A stretch of DNA of 64,000 nt from an uncultured bacterium (GTDB taxonomy: Bacteria; Bacteroidota; Rhodothermia; Balneolales; DATFMH01), in NCBI GenBank assembly GCA_963712305.1, contig CAVQHI010000001.1, positions 181,383 through 245,382 of the forward strand. The letters are read 5' to 3'. Both the position numbers and the translations under genes were made by a program. Shown here piece by piece: positions 1 to 10,734 of the stretch; the first letter of the stretch is position 1, and every line of letters begins with the position of its first letter. A model generated the notes under the pieces. The model did no database searches. It had not been told where the DNA came from and saw only the letters and a program-made list of their open reading frames with translations.

Positions 1-1
1 T

Positions 2-1756
2 CTCCGCAATGTCGTATCGGATAACCTGCCCGAAGGATTCGGTGTCATTGTTCGTACTGTGGCAGGAGAACAACCTGACGATCTTGTCAAACGTGACTTG
101 AAGGATCTCCTGACAAAGTGGGAATCCATCCTCCATAAGCTTAAAACGGCGAAACCAACTGCCCTTCTCTACCGGGATCTCGACATGACAGAGAGCCTGA
201 TCAGAGACCTGTTCGCAAAAGACTACAATCGGGTACTGATCGACGATTCGGCAATGTTCAAGACGATAAAGTCATACGTTTCACGCGTTGCTCCCCATCT
301 CTTACCAAGCATTGAATTATTCAGGGGGTCCGAACACATCTTCGACTATATGAAGATATCCAGAGACGTGGATTCTATTTTCAGTCCGAGAGTTAAAATT
401 CCAAGCGGTGGTTATCTCATATTCGAGCAAACGGAAGCGATGTACGTCATTGACGTGAATTCGGGTCGATATGCCGCCAACAAGCACCAGGAGGACAACT
501 CACTGAGGACCAACCTGGAGGCTGCACGGGAAATTACCAAACAGCTCCGTTTACGTGATATCGGAGGCATCATCGTAGTCGACTTTATCGACCTTAAAGA
601 TGATGCAAACCGAAAAAAGGTCTATGATGAGCTGAAGAAAGAGTTTAAGAAAGACCGTGCCAAGACCAACGTTTTGCAAATGAGCGATTTTGGGCTGGTA
701 CAGATTACACGACAACGCATTCGTCCGAGTGTGGTCAATTCTGTTTCACGCATCTGTCCGATGTGCGGCGGTTCGGGAAGCGTTATATCTCAGAATACCA
801 TTTTGTCGGATATTGAAGCCTGGCTCATCAAATTTAAACATACTACACGTTACAGGGCTGTTGATCTCTACATCAACCCCTACCTCAAATCATTCCTGAC
901 GCGTGGATTCTTCAGTCAACGCATACGCTGGATGTTTCGTTACGGCATCAAAATTTCAATGATCGCCGACGAAACCATTTCACTGAATGATTACAAATTT
1001 ACGCTCGGCGGATCGGATGCAGATATTACGGATGCTGTACTTTCTGATAAACCGATAGAGGAAGTCATCAAAACGCCGAACCAAAGCGTTGATACGGTAG
1101 ATGCACCCAAACGACGTGATCCGTCACAACTCGAGGTCTACAGTAATAAGAAGAGCAACGGCAAAAATTCCGAGCATCGACACGATCACCATCATTCCCA
1201 TGACGATGATCATGATGATAAAAAATCGTCTCAATCCAATCGTAAGCAGGATTCACGCAAACCAACTGCCCCGAAAGAGAAAAAGGCCACTGAAAATAAA
1301 AGTTCTGATACTGCTGACAAATCATCGACAAGATCAAAAGTGACCAATCCTTACCGGCCATCCAGCGGGAAAAAGATCTCCAAATATTACAAGGGATCAA
1401 AGGATGATGATTCCGCTGTAGACGAAAAACAAGACACCGCTCAGGATACCGACAATACGGATTCGTCGGGTGACGATAAGACACCGAAAGAAGATCTGCC
1501 ACGTGCCATTGAAGTAGCCAAAGCATATAAGGAAAAGATGGAACAGAAGGCTGAAAATAGTTCGGACGAACCTGAAAAATCTGATTCCTCAGATCTGACA
1601 AAAGATCAACCTGTAAACGGCAAACAACAGGATAAGGCAGATAAAGATAATAAGTCTGAGGCACCCAAAAGGAAATACACCAGAAGATCGTCTCATTCAC
1701 GTAAATCCGATGAAGAAAAAAGCACCGAAAACGCGGAGAAGGAAACATCGGACTGA
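2..1756 (+). CDS. Ribonuclease E/G family endoribonuclease, 5' end cut by the window edge; catalytic core plus a ~230-aa low-complexity C-terminal tail
   Basis: Frame is open from nt 2 (LRNVVSDNLPEGFGVIVRTVAGE). Core motifs GGYLIFEQTEAMYVIDVNSG, DIGGIIVVDFIDL and CPMCGGSG. Tail is rich in H/D/K/S (EHRHDHHHSHDDDHDD). Confidence 0.9.
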   Translation, partial: LRNVVSDNLPEGFGVIVRTVAGEQPDDLVKRDLKDLLTKWESILHKLKTAKPTALLYRDLDMTESLIRDLFAKDYNRVLIDDSAMFKTIKSYVSRVAPHLLPSIELFRGSEHIFDYMKISRDVDSIFSPRVKIPSGGYLIFEQTEAMYVIDVNSGRYAANKHQEDNSLRTNLEAAREITKQLRLRDIGGIIVVDFIDLKDDANRKKVYDELKKEFKKDRAKTNVLQMSDFGLVQITRQRIRPSVVNSVSRICPMCGGSGSVISQNTILSDIEAWLIKFKHTTRYRAVDLYINPYLKSFLTRGFFSQRIRWMFRYGIKISMIADETISLNDYKFTLGGSDADITDAVLSDKPIEEVIKTPNQSVDTVDAPKRRDPSQLEVYSNKKSNGKNSEHRHDHHHSHDDDHDDKKSSQSNRKQDSRKPTAPKEKKATENKSSDTADKSSTRSKVTNPYRPSSGKKISKYYKGSKDDDSAVDEKQDTAQDTDNTDSSGDDKTPKEDLPRAIEVAKAYKEKMEQKAENSSDEPEKSDSSDLTKDQPVNGKQQDKADKDNKSEAPKRKYTRRSSHSRKSDEEKSTENAEKETSD

Positions 1757-1835
1757 CTCTTTCGTTGTGGGTGAACAGATGAGGACAAAAGTGATATTTC
1801 AAATAGTGAGCGATCGCCAATTCATATAAATCATT

Positions 1836-2381
1836 ATGGCATTTAATCTTGAAGCAACGACGGTGCTGGGGGTTCTGCACAATGGAACCGCTGTGATCGG
1901 TGGAGACGGTCAGGCCACCATGGATAAAACCGTCATGAAATCGACCGTTAAAAAAGTTAGAAAAATCTACGGCGGTAAAATCCTGGCTGGATTTGCAGGA
2001 TCAACAGCCGATGCATTTACTCTTTTTGAACGATTTGAAGAAAAATTGAATCAATATAATGGAAACCTTCAGCGTTCGGCCGTCGAGATGGCTAAAGATT
2101 GGCGGGGTGATCGATATCTTCGCAAGCTGGAGGCTCTGTTAGTCGTTATGAACAAAGACACGGCTCTGCTGATCTCAGGACAGGGTGATGTCATCGAACC
2201 TGATGATAATTTACTGGCCATTGGAAGCGGTGGATCCTACGCGTTAGCCGCGGCAAGGGCACTCAAAAAACATGCTTCTGATATTTCAGCACGTGATCTG
2301 GTAGAAGAGTCGCTTCACATCGCCGCCGACATTTGTATCTATACAAACCATAACCTGACGATTCTGGAAATTGATGAATAA
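1836..2381 (+). CDS. hslV: ATP-dependent protease subunit HslV
   Basis: TTVLGV...[23 protein letters not shown]...[21 protein letters not shown]...[14 protein letters not shown] is collinear with HslV. Overlaps the hslU start. Confidence 0.95.
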   Translation: MAFNLEATTVLGVLHNGTAVIGGDGQATMDKTVMKSTVKKVRKIYGGKILAGFAGSTADAFTLFERFEEKLNQYNGNLQRSAVEMAKDWRGDRYLRKLEALLVVMNKDTALLISGQGDVIEPDDNLLAIGSGGSYALAAARALKKHASDISARDLVEESLHIAADICIYTNHNLTILEIDE

Positions 2382-3810
2382 ATCTGAAGAACTGGCAAAA
2401 TCATTAACACCACGGCAGATTGTTGAAGAACTGGACCAGTTTATTATTGGCCAGAATTCTGCTAAGAAATCGGTAGCTATTGCTCTGCGTAATCGCTGGC
2501 GGCGTATGCATGCACCGGATGATATACGCGATGAGATTTTACCGAATAATATTATTCTTATTGGTCCTACAGGCGTAGGTAAAACTGAAATTGCACGCCG
2601 GTTGGCCAAACTTGCAAAGGCCCCGTTCATTAAAGTTGAAGCATCCAAGTATACCGAAGTCGGTTATGTTGGCCGTGACGTCGAATCCATGATCCGCGAT
2701 CTCACCGATATCGGCATCAATATGGTTAAAGCGGAGATGCAGGAACGAGTGATGAAGAAGGCCAGGGAGAATGTCGAAGAACGGATTCTCGATCTGCTTA
2801 TCCCTCCTGTTAAGAAACCGAGTGATTATCCCAATGAAATAAATACAACGGGTGACTCTGAGAAACAAATTGGTTTCGATGCATCACAATCACAGGTATC
2901 TGATTACGAACTCAACCAGAGGACACGGGATAAATTCAGAGAGAAACTCCGAAAAGGCGATCTGGACGACCGGACCGTTGAAATTGATGTAAGTACAAAG
3001 AAACCCACCAACATGCAGATTTTTGGTCCATCTGGCATGGAAGAGATGGGTATCAACCTGCAGGATTTCCTGGGTAATCTCTCACCCGGCAAAACCAAAA
3101 AGAAACAGGTCAAGATTAAAGAAGCCCGTGAGATCCTGATCAGTGAGGAAGCTGAGAAGCTGATTGATCATGATGCCGCTGTGAACGAAGCTCTTGAGCG
3201 TGTTCAAACCTCGGGTATTGTCTTTATCGATGAGATCGACAAAGTAGCTGCCGGCACATCGGGCGACGGACGTGGCAGCGGGCCTGATGTCAGTCGACAG
3301 GGGGTTCAGCGTGATCTCCTTCCAATCGTCGAGGGCAGTAACGTGATGACGAAACACGGAATGGTGAAAACGGACCACATCCTTTTTGTGGCATCCGGAG
3401 CTTTTCACGTTGCCAAACCGTCCGATTTGATACCGGAGCTTCAGGGTCGCTTCCCTATCCGTGTTGAGATGGACAGCCTGACCGAAAGTGACTTTTACAA
3501 GATTCTGACGATTCCTCAAAATGCATTGACCAAACAATATCAGGCAATGTTGGCATCGGAGGGTATAAAACTTGATTTTACGGACGATGCTATAGAAGAG
3601 ATAGCCAAACTCGCCGCAGAAGTTAATGCGACTATTGAAAATATTGGTGCCCGTCGGCTGCAAACCATACTCTCGAGTGTGCTCGAAGAGGTTCTGTACG
3701 TAGTGCCAGACGACATTAGCATCGGCGATCTTAAAATTGACCGGGATTATGTTCAGAAACAATTAAAAGACATTGTTCAGAACAGGGACCTCAGTCACTA
3801 TATCCTGTAG
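2371..3810 (+). CDS. hslU: ATP-dependent protease ATPase subunit HslU
   Basis: [34 protein letters not shown], Walker [42 protein letters not shown], and FIDEIDKV. Confidence 0.95.
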   Translation: MMNKSEELAKSLTPRQIVEELDQFIIGQNSAKKSVAIALRNRWRRMHAPDDIRDEILPNNIILIGPTGVGKTEIARRLAKLAKAPFIKVEASKYTEVGYVGRDVESMIRDLTDIGINMVKAEMQERVMKKARENVEERILDLLIPPVKKPSDYPNEINTTGDSEKQIGFDASQSQVSDYELNQRTRDKFREKLRKGDLDDRTVEIDVSTKKPTNMQIFGPSGMEEMGINLQDFLGNLSPGKTKKKQVKIKEAREILISEEAEKLIDHDAAVNEALERVQTSGIVFIDEIDKVAAGTSGDGRGSGPDVSRQGVQRDLLPIVEGSNVMTKHGMVKTDHILFVASGAFHVAKPSDLIPELQGRFPIRVEMDSLTESDFYKILTIPQNALTKQYQAMLASEGIKLDFTDDAIEEIAKLAAEVNATIENIGARRLQTILSSVLEEVLYVVPDDISIGDLKIDRDYVQKQLKDIVQNRDLSHYIL

Positions 3811-4016
3811 ATCAGGAAGTACGAGACGGGACAAATCCAATAAAAAGAAGCTTTGCCCGTTTTGCATGAAAACAGTATTATTCTACAGGCGGAATAATTT
3901 TACCCATAACAATTACTTTTCTGTTTGGAACTCAGGAAACTTACGAAATCATACTGTAGTTTAAGGGTATTTGTAATTTTCCATTCAGCAGTTTCACTGA
4001 ACCTCACTCAAGCTCT

Positions 4017-5906
4017 ATGTCTATAAAGAAGTTTCTCACACCTAACCTGATAGCCATCATAGCTATAGCGTTATTAGGGTTGACAGGTATGGATCCGGTT
4101 ACCGTCAATAAGAACGATGACCGTACAAATATTCAGAAGTATATTCAGGTTGAAAAAAGAATTCTGGATAATTATGTCGATCCGGTCAATGTTACCAATC
4201 TATACGAGAACAGTATCAGAAACATGGTAGCTCACCTGAATGACAGCACCATTAAAATCCAGAACACGCCGATTGATACTGCATTCACCGATGTGAAGGT
4301 TCACGACTTACGTTCATCCGTACTGGAATTCGAAAAGGCGTATGTCTTCCTGTCCAACAATTATCCTAAAGAGGATATGGACAAACTTACGGCTTATGCG
4401 ATTCGGGGTATGTTCCGAAATCTCGATCCCCATTCTATTTATATCACAGCCGAGGACAACAAGCGCGTCCGTGAGGAATTCAATGGAAAATTCCAGGGCA
4501 TCGGAATTCAGTTCGACGTTATTAATGATACAATCACAGTTATCACTCCCCTTTCAGGCGGACCAAGTGAATCGGTTGGCATAATTTCGGGTGACAAAAT
4601 TGTGAGCATCGACGATTCCAATGCTGTTGGATTTTCAAACGAGCAGGTTGTCAATCACCTGCGTGGTCCAAAGGGCTCCGTCGTCGAAGTTGGCATTGCT
4701 CGTGCACATGCAGGCCATTTACTGCATTTCAAAATTACACGTGATGACATCCCGCTTACGACCGTCGACACATACTACATGCTCGATAATAAGACGGGTT
4801 ATATCAAGATCAGCCGATTTGCTCGCACTACACACGACGAATTTGTTAAAGCAATGACGGATCTGAAAGGTCAGGGAATGACAAGGCTGATACTCGATCT
4901 GCGTAACAATCCTGGCGGTTTCCTTGATCAGGCTATCGAAACAGCTGATGAATTTTTCCCGCGTAATCTCAAGCTGCTGTCGACAAAGAGCCGACATCCA
5001 CGGTACGATCAGGAATTTAAATCCAGTTCTGAAGGATTATTTGAGCATGGGCAGCTTATGGTCCTGATCAATAAGGGTTCTGCAAGTGCCAGTGAAATTG
5101 TGACTGGTTCCATACAGGACCACGATCGCGGACTCGTTGTTGGTCAACGCTCTTTTGGAAAAGGTTTGGTTCAACAGCAGTATGAACTTGTGGATGGCAG
5201 CGCAATCCGGGTAACCATCTCACGCTACTACACTCCTTCAGGGCGACTCATTCAAAAGCCGTATAGCAAAGAAGGCCGTGAAGAGTATGCCTACGAACTG
5301 TACAAACGCAGCAACAATGCCAAGACAGACGTTGAACAATTTATTGATCACGTGCCTGATTCGCTGAAATACCAAACGGATGCAGGACGTACGGTCTATG
5401 GTGGCGGAGGTATCGTACCTGATCATATTATCCAGGAAGACACGACCACAAGCTACATTTTTGGTTTCATGCAGCGTAAACAGCTCGGTATCAAGTTCGT
5501 GCTTAGTTACATGCAGGATCATGGCAATGAAGTGAAGCAAAAATACGACAGCGACTATGATGGTTTCCGTAAAAACTTCCACTTCAGCGATCAGTCTTTG
5601 AATAAATTCCACCAACTGCTGTTGAAAAACGGACTTGTGGAAACTGACACGGTTAAATCGCCGGTCTACAGAAAAGATACATTGTATATAAAACCGAATA
5701 CCTTCAAGAAGGAATCGTGGATTTCAAGCGGCTTTATGAAAGCTGAGATGGCGCGCCAAATCTGGGGCCCCTCTTACTTCTTCCCTGTTTACAATGACAT
5801 TTTTGATAAAACACTACACAAGGCTATGACTCTCTGGCCGGAAGTGAAACATCTGGAGGCTTATGCAGCCATCCACACGCCTGACAGGAAAGAGATGGAT
5901 AATTAA
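4017..5906 (+). CDS. Carboxy-terminal processing peptidase, S41 family (Ctp/Prc-like) with PDZ domain
   Basis: PDZ-like GIGIQFDVINDTITVITPLSGGPSESVGIISGDKIVSID. S41 motifs LILDLRNNPGGFL and INKGSASASEIVTGSIQDHDRGLVVGQRSFGKGLVQ. N-terminal TM/signal. Confidence 0.88.
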   Translation: MSIKKFLTPNLIAIIAIALLGLTGMDPVTVNKNDDRTNIQKYIQVEKRILDNYVDPVNVTNLYENSIRNMVAHLNDSTIKIQNTPIDTAFTDVKVHDLRSSVLEFEKAYVFLSNNYPKEDMDKLTAYAIRGMFRNLDPHSIYITAEDNKRVREEFNGKFQGIGIQFDVINDTITVITPLSGGPSESVGIISGDKIVSIDDSNAVGFSNEQVVNHLRGPKGSVVEVGIARAHAGHLLHFKITRDDIPLTTVDTYYMLDNKTGYIKISRFARTTHDEFVKAMTDLKGQGMTRLILDLRNNPGGFLDQAIETADEFFPRNLKLLSTKSRHPRYDQEFKSSSEGLFEHGQLMVLINKGSASASEIVTGSIQDHDRGLVVGQRSFGKGLVQQQYELVDGSAIRVTISRYYTPSGRLIQKPYSKEGREEYAYELYKRSNNAKTDVEQFIDHVPDSLKYQTDAGRTVYGGGGIVPDHIIQEDTTTSYIFGFMQRKQLGIKFVLSYMQDHGNEVKQKYDSDYDGFRKNFHFSDQSLNKFHQLLLKNGLVETDTVKSPVYRKDTLYIKPNTFKKESWISSGFMKAEMARQIWGPSYFFPVYNDIFDKTLHKAMTLWPEVKHLEAYAAIHTPDRKEMDN

Positions 5907-5943
5907 TCCACAGCGTTCAGACTCAACAATCAATTTCAAAAAA

Positions 5944-5973
5944 AGCCGGGGTTATAAAGTCCCGGCTTTTTTT
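5944..5973. terminator. Rho-independent terminator, probably bidirectional, between convergent genes
   Basis: AGCCGGG-10 nt loop-CCCGGCT followed by T7 and preceded by A7. Lies between the + gene ending at 5906 and the - gene ending at 6052. Confidence 0.8.
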
Positions 5974-6051
5974 ATGCTGTACCGATTGTCGCATCACCAA
6001 CAAAAATCGGCAGCTCGGAGGAAACAAAATTTTAATAATGCCAGATCTGAT

Positions 6052-9000
6052 TTACTTCAACAGAGTCATCTTTCTGGTCTGAACAAAATCGCCGGCAGAT
6101 AACCGGTATATATATACTCCGCTTGAAAACCTGTTTGCATCAAAAGAGACCTGGTAACGGCCAACTGTCTGTTTTCGATCGATCAGAGTTGCAACGCGCT
6201 GCCCCAGGATGTTATAAATGCTGAGTTGAACATGAACTGCTTTTGAAATGGAATACTTGATATTAGTCGTTGGATTGAAGGGATTCGGATAGTTGTTGCC
6301 CAACTCAAACTTATCAGGTACTGTTTGTTGATTGTTCGATTCAATATCCGTAACCATTTTATTAAGCGTTGCCATTGTCAAACCATTCGATTCAACCGTT
6401 ATGCTAATATTTCCCCCAGACAAATCTGAAGGAGGCAGATATTGTATGACGGCGATACCTCTTGTTGCTTTAATTGACGTAGTGGTCAGACTCCCCGGTC
6501 CGTTGAGATTGAAAGTAAAGGTATGACTTTGGCTGGTGACCAAACGTCCCTCATTGTCAGTCACATAGGCCACGATATCGTAATGCGCATCTGAGGCAGC
6601 AACGATATTATCATCTTTAAAAAAGAGGTTTAATGTCGTACCGTTTGTCCCGCCCGGTATCGATTTCAGTTTAAAAGCAATGTCTTTATGAGCTGCAGTC
6701 AGTTTAGGTACCTCCGTGTTCATCAGGTGACCTACAGAAATGACCGTATCAACTGCCGCAACGGTTCCACTCCAGGTATCGTACCAATCCATAATATAGG
6801 TTCCATCACTCAGATTTGTGATTTTTACAGGAGTGCCGGATATATCGCCTGAAGCGTAGGAATACATCCATCCAAATGCTGTAGAGTCATTTTCTATCCC
6901 ATATCCATCAGTACCTGTTCCGGACACCGTAAAGGTACTACTCGGGCTGTTGGCTAAATAAAGGGAGTCGGCAAATGGTTTCAGCTTGTTATATAGGTCC
7001 AGTCTTGCTGATGTAAATACCGACTTAGTCGTAAAATCCCACCAGAAAGGCGTCGATGCCAGTCCATTCGTCAAACCCGCCCAGAAGGCGTTATGCATCT
7101 CATAGGTATAATCAGAACTGCTTGCTGAAGAGAACATTGAGGTATAACCGGCTTCGCCAAAAATTGCGGGCCTGTTACCCGCTTTTTTAAGGTTCTTCAT
7201 TTCATTTACAGCGTCATATAAGCCGTCCCGGACATTATTCCCATAAGGTCGTGGATAACCCTGAGCCTCGTAATAGTGACGATTGGGCATATCTGCATCA
7301 ATAGATCCACCCGACCATATCGTAGAGCTTCCGAACGAAGCCGTTGTGGCCCGTTTGTGAGGATCGTGATCTTTGAGATACGTATGTACCTTGTTTACCC
7401 ACGCAATAGCCTGATCCGGATGTTGCACATAACCGGTAGTTCCATGGATTTCGTTTATGATTTCCCAGATTCCTAAATTCTCGCTGTATCCCCAGCGTGC
7501 AATCATGTAGCGATATAATTTCTTTTGATATACCCAAGCCAGACTATCTCCATAAAAATTACCGGCGCTGACAATGGTACTATACGGGTTATCCTGGGTA
7601 TATCTTGCATTATTCCACGGCTGCCCCGGAAGACAGAGATAATCGTGCGCCCATATGGCAAACATCATCTTCATGTGTCTTGCATGCAGCCAACTCAATA
7701 TCTGGTCGATTCGTCCACATTTCTGCTGATCATAACGGCCCAAACCTGAACTCATAGATTCAATAAGATTAGTCCCGCCGCCATTGCCCGCGTTGTCATA
7801 CGTACTGTTCCAGTATCCGATAATGTTTACATCGTGCTGTTTTAGCTCATCCAAACCACTTTCTGTGACATTCCAGGGATAGTAAGCCGCCAGACCGTAA
7901 AACGATGTGCTATCAGTATAAGCCAGGTAATTCGGATTCTGTGGCGATATGGTCAGCCAGCCGTGTTGATCGGATTGAGCAGCAGTAAACGTTTTCTTTG
8001 CAGTCTCGCCGGCACCATCCGGGGTTGTCGCAAACACCTGATACTCCCATGATCCAACTTTATCCGGTGCAAAACGAACCTTCCAGGACTGTACATTGTC
8101 ATAATCATCATAAAACCCGTTGACCCATGTCGTATCTCCTTCAGGAGATTTAAAATAAGCATGAACATCAATCTGATCCGGATCATACGGATTATTGTAG
8201 GATGCATCCTGCAGATTCAAAACAACTTCAAATTTCTCATATTCCTGTACATTATCCGAATTAGTACTGTCTACACTAACGGTTGGTGGAACGCCGGGTA
8301 CACGCGTTCTTATACTGACTTCACCCGATGGTGCATGTTCTTCACCTATTGTATCAACCGCCGTTACCATATAGTAATAGGTCGTGTTATTCATTAAACC
8401 ACGATCGTGATATAACGCAGCAGTCGTATCGCCAATTAGCGTTAATGAATTGGCCGTAAAGCTTCCGGATGTGCTCCGGTAAATATTATAATGATCAGTG
8501 ACATCAGGTTTATCCACCGACCAGTTTAAATCGACATGACCGCTATCAACCAACGTAGCTTTCAACCCGGAAACGTTTACGGAAAAACCAGCAATTTTGA
8601 AATTATCGAACTGAATGGTACCCGACTTCGGATCGGTGGTCCCACCATCGAAATACATATAAATCCTGTTTAAAGTGTCGCCTGCAACCAGGTTAAAAGT
8701 GTATGAATGCCACTGATTATCTCCGGGCAGATTTGTCTGTATCCATCCGCCAGACGGATTATCATTATAAATAGGTTTAACGGTATAGACCGTCGCCACA
8801 CTTGATTTTATATCCATTGTGATTTTTGGAGTCCCGGTCACAACAATATTTGCAGGCGGCAAAAAGTTGAATTCGTCCCATTGAGCACTCTGGGCATCCC
8901 TGGTGTAATCAATATTCAGGACACCATTGCTCTCATTTAAATCAAATGTATGAGGAAATTCAGCCCACCATAAGGTATCCCTTTGCCCATTCCACAACGT

Positions 9001-9150
9001 ATCGAGCGTCCCGTTCTCAAAATGGTCAGTAAAGCCGGAAATGGTCTGAGCGTGAACGGAAAAAGGAATAAAGGCGGACATGATAAAGATGACTGCTAAT
9101 ATCCATTTATAGTCAACTTTATCCAAAATCGTAACTCTGTTCATAATCAT
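6052..9150 (-). CDS. Secreted multidomain glycoside hydrolase (clan GH-A, GH5-like TIM barrel), with an Ig-like DUF5060-type domain, FN3 domain and T9SS type-A C-terminal sorting domain
   Basis: Signal peptide. FN3-like LKATLVDSGHVDLNWSV...YNIYRSTSG. YEKFEVVLNL...WKVRFAPDKVGSWEYQVF. Barrel segment with IWEIINEIHG (NE acid/base-like) and FGEAGY. C-terminus NYPNPFNPTTNIKYSI...YIYRLSAGDFVQTRKMTLLK. Confidence 0.7.
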   Translation of the reverse strand: MIMNRVTILDKVDYKWILAVIFIMSAFIPFSVHAQTISGFTDHFENGTLDTLWNGQRDTLWWAEFPHTFDLNESNGVLNIDYTRDAQSAQWDEFNFLPPANIVVTGTPKITMDIKSSVATVYTVKPIYNDNPSGGWIQTNLPGDNQWHSYTFNLVAGDTLNRIYMYFDGGTTDPKSGTIQFDNFKIAGFSVNVSGLKATLVDSGHVDLNWSVDKPDVTDHYNIYRSTSGSFTANSLTLIGDTTAALYHDRGLMNNTTYYYMVTAVDTIGEEHAPSGEVSIRTRVPGVPPTVSVDSTNSDNVQEYEKFEVVLNLQDASYNNPYDPDQIDVHAYFKSPEGDTTWVNGFYDDYDNVQSWKVRFAPDKVGSWEYQVFATTPDGAGETAKKTFTAAQSDQHGWLTISPQNPNYLAYTDSTSFYGLAAYYPWNVTESGLDELKQHDVNIIGYWNSTYDNAGNGGGTNLIESMSSGLGRYDQQKCGRIDQILSWLHARHMKMMFAIWAHDYLCLPGQPWNNARYTQDNPYSTIVSAGNFYGDSLAWVYQKKLYRYMIARWGYSENLGIWEIINEIHGTTGYVQHPDQAIAWVNKVHTYLKDHDPHKRATTASFGSSTIWSGGSIDADMPNRHYYEAQGYPRPYGNNVRDGLYDAVNEMKNLKKAGNRPAIFGEAGYTSMFSSASSSDYTYEMHNAFWAGLTNGLASTPFWWDFTTKSVFTSARLDLYNKLKPFADSLYLANSPSSTFTVSGTGTDGYGIENDSTAFGWMYSYASGDISGTPVKITNLSDGTYIMDWYDTWSGTVAAVDTVISVGHLMNTEVPKLTAAHKDIAFKLKSIPGGTNGTTLNLFFKDDNIVAASDAHYDIVAYVTDNEGRLVTSQSHTFTFNLNGPGSLTTTSIKATRGIAVIQYLPPSDLSGGNISITVESNGLTMATLNKMVTDIESNNQQTVPDKFELGNNYPNPFNPTTNIKYSISKAVHVQLSIYNILGQRVATLIDRKQTVGRYQVSFDANRFSSGVYIYRLSAGDFVQTRKMTLLK

Positions 9151-9270
9151 CTCCTAAATTCGCTCCACTTTTACAGGCGAGTGCTGATAAAAAACTGTTT
9201 GATGTTTACAAGAATAAGAAAAGCCCTTTTTGTTATTTAATCAATTCAATTTAACAATTAAATGATAAAT

Positions 9271-9448
9271 AATTTAAATGACTATCCTTAATTGATATAT
9301 CTCTCATTTAACCGCAAGTACGCCAGGTTCGCGGAGTAAGACTCTCTATTTTATCGTTTATTGGTCCCAATCTATCGGGACGGTTTATATTTTCTGATCC
9401 CGGAAAAAACAATGACAACTGGAGTGATACCGGATAGTCATTATAATT
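9271..9448. repeat. MITE-like intergenic element with inverted ATGACTATCC termini (family member 1)
   Basis: AATTTAAATGACTATCC at 9271-9287 and its inverted copy GGATAGTCATTATAATTT at 9432-9449. The same terminus recurs at 22278, 40389 and 47177. Confidence 0.55.
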
Positions 9449-9729
9449 TAACCCGAATTATTCACGAAAAGAGGCATAATAAGTAGTCATAATATTGATT
9501 TTAATATGTTTATAAATTTGATAGGAATACTCAATTTTGGGTATGATGATTCATAGCTTCGAATTTTAACGGTGGGCTGCGTTGTCCCAAAAATGGCTTA
9601 TCAACGTACACAAGTACGATTCTGGCGCCATTTCCGTGACGCCTTGCCCACCACTAAATTTCTTGGTGAATAATCCGGGTTAATCAATGACATAACCATT
9701 TATTCATGGATTCACTCCCGGTCGTTATA

Positions 9730-10431
9730 TCAACCTATCAACCTTGCCAGAAAAGCAATAGCAGCCGTCTCAGCACGCAACCGGTAGTTGCCCAGAGATA
9801 CGAGCTCGGCGCCGGCGTTTGTGAGTTCCTCAACTTCCTCGTCCGCAAACCCTCCTTCCGGCCCGATCAACACCATCAGCCGGTCATCACTTAGCCAATC
9901 GGTGTTTACGTTGGGAAAACTGTCATGCTTTTCGTGTGCCAAAAGCATGTGAAACGCCCCATATTCATCAATCAGATCAGAAACCGACGGCATAAACCGG
10001 ATCTCCGGCAGCCAGGCGTGCAAAGACTGTTTCATGGCGCTCCTGGCGATCAACTCCAAACGGTCAATTCGTACCCTCTCACGTTCTGAATTCTGGCTTT
10101 GAAACAACACTATTTCCGTTGCTCCCAACTCCACAGACTTTTCTATGGCAAATTCAAGACGCTGACGATTTTTAATGAGTCCAAGAGCCAGGACTCGTTG
10201 TTTTAAAGTAACCCCATCAATCAGTTGCCGTGTTTCACTGACTTCAATGGCAACCTCTTTCTTCGAACATGAAATGATTTGACCATCGAACCATCTCCCC
10301 TTTCCATCAACGACAGTTATGGCATCTCCTTCCTTATACCGCAACACATGGATGGCATGGTGTGCTTCCTCATCCCTCAAATAAACGAGATCTCCTCTAC
10401 ATTGTTCGGGAGGAGCATAAAATAAATTCAT
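9730..10431 (-). CDS. rsmE: 16S rRNA (uracil1498-N3)-methyltransferase RsmE
   Basis: N-terminal PUA-like MNLFYAPPE...EEAHHAIHVLRYKEGD, C-terminal SPOUT motif LIGPEGGFADEEV, and typical length. Confidence 0.88.
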   Translation of the reverse strand: MNLFYAPPEQCRGDLVYLRDEEAHHAIHVLRYKEGDAITVVDGKGRWFDGQIISCSKKEVAIEVSETRQLIDGVTLKQRVLALGLIKNRQRLEFAIEKSVELGATEIVLFQSQNSERERVRIDRLELIARSAMKQSLHAWLPEIRFMPSVSDLIDEYGAFHMLLAHEKHDSFPNVNTDWLSDDRLMVLIGPEGGFADEEVEELTNAGAELVSLGNYRLRAETAAIAFLARLIG

Positions 10432-10518
10432 GGTTTTTTATAACTGACTGATAATAACACCAGGTAAAATGGATTTAAGAACACGGATTCGCGGTATAGG
10501 ATTCAGGAAGATTGGACA

Positions 10519-10725
10519 TCAATAAATATCTCCGGGTCGAAAGGCTGTCTCACCAGTTCGCAACACCTTTTCTACATACGGATAACACAACCCGCATCCA
10601 CGACCGCATATTTTATTACATACAAGCTCGTCGGTCGTTTTAATATTATGTGCCTGAGCGTATTCTTTGATCTCTTTGAACGTTTTACAGTGACAGACAC
10701 ACTTGACAACGGTCTTGTCAGTCAT
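10519..10725 (-). CDS. BFD-like [2Fe-2S]-binding domain protein
   Basis: 68 aa with cysteine pattern CVCHC...CGRGCGLC, typical of bacterioferritin-associated-ferredoxin-like domains. Confidence 0.7.
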   Translation of the reverse strand: MTDKTVVKCVCHCKTFKEIKEYAQAHNIKTTDELVCNKICGRGCGLCYPYVEKVLRTGETAFRPGDIY

Positions 10726-10734
10726 AAGTACACT

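Noticed and set aside
1836-1860. Seven-residue extension (MAFNLEA) before the catalytic Thr-Thr of HslV
   Set aside because: Similar short N-terminal extensions are known in CodW-type HslV homologues. This is a likely propeptide or ordinary lineage variation, not a novel feature.
1068-1880. 270-aa minus-strand ORF
   Set aside because: It is antisense to the low-complexity tail of the RNase E/G gene. Its composition is an artefact of the repetitive A/G-rich coding strand, and it has no recognisable motifs.
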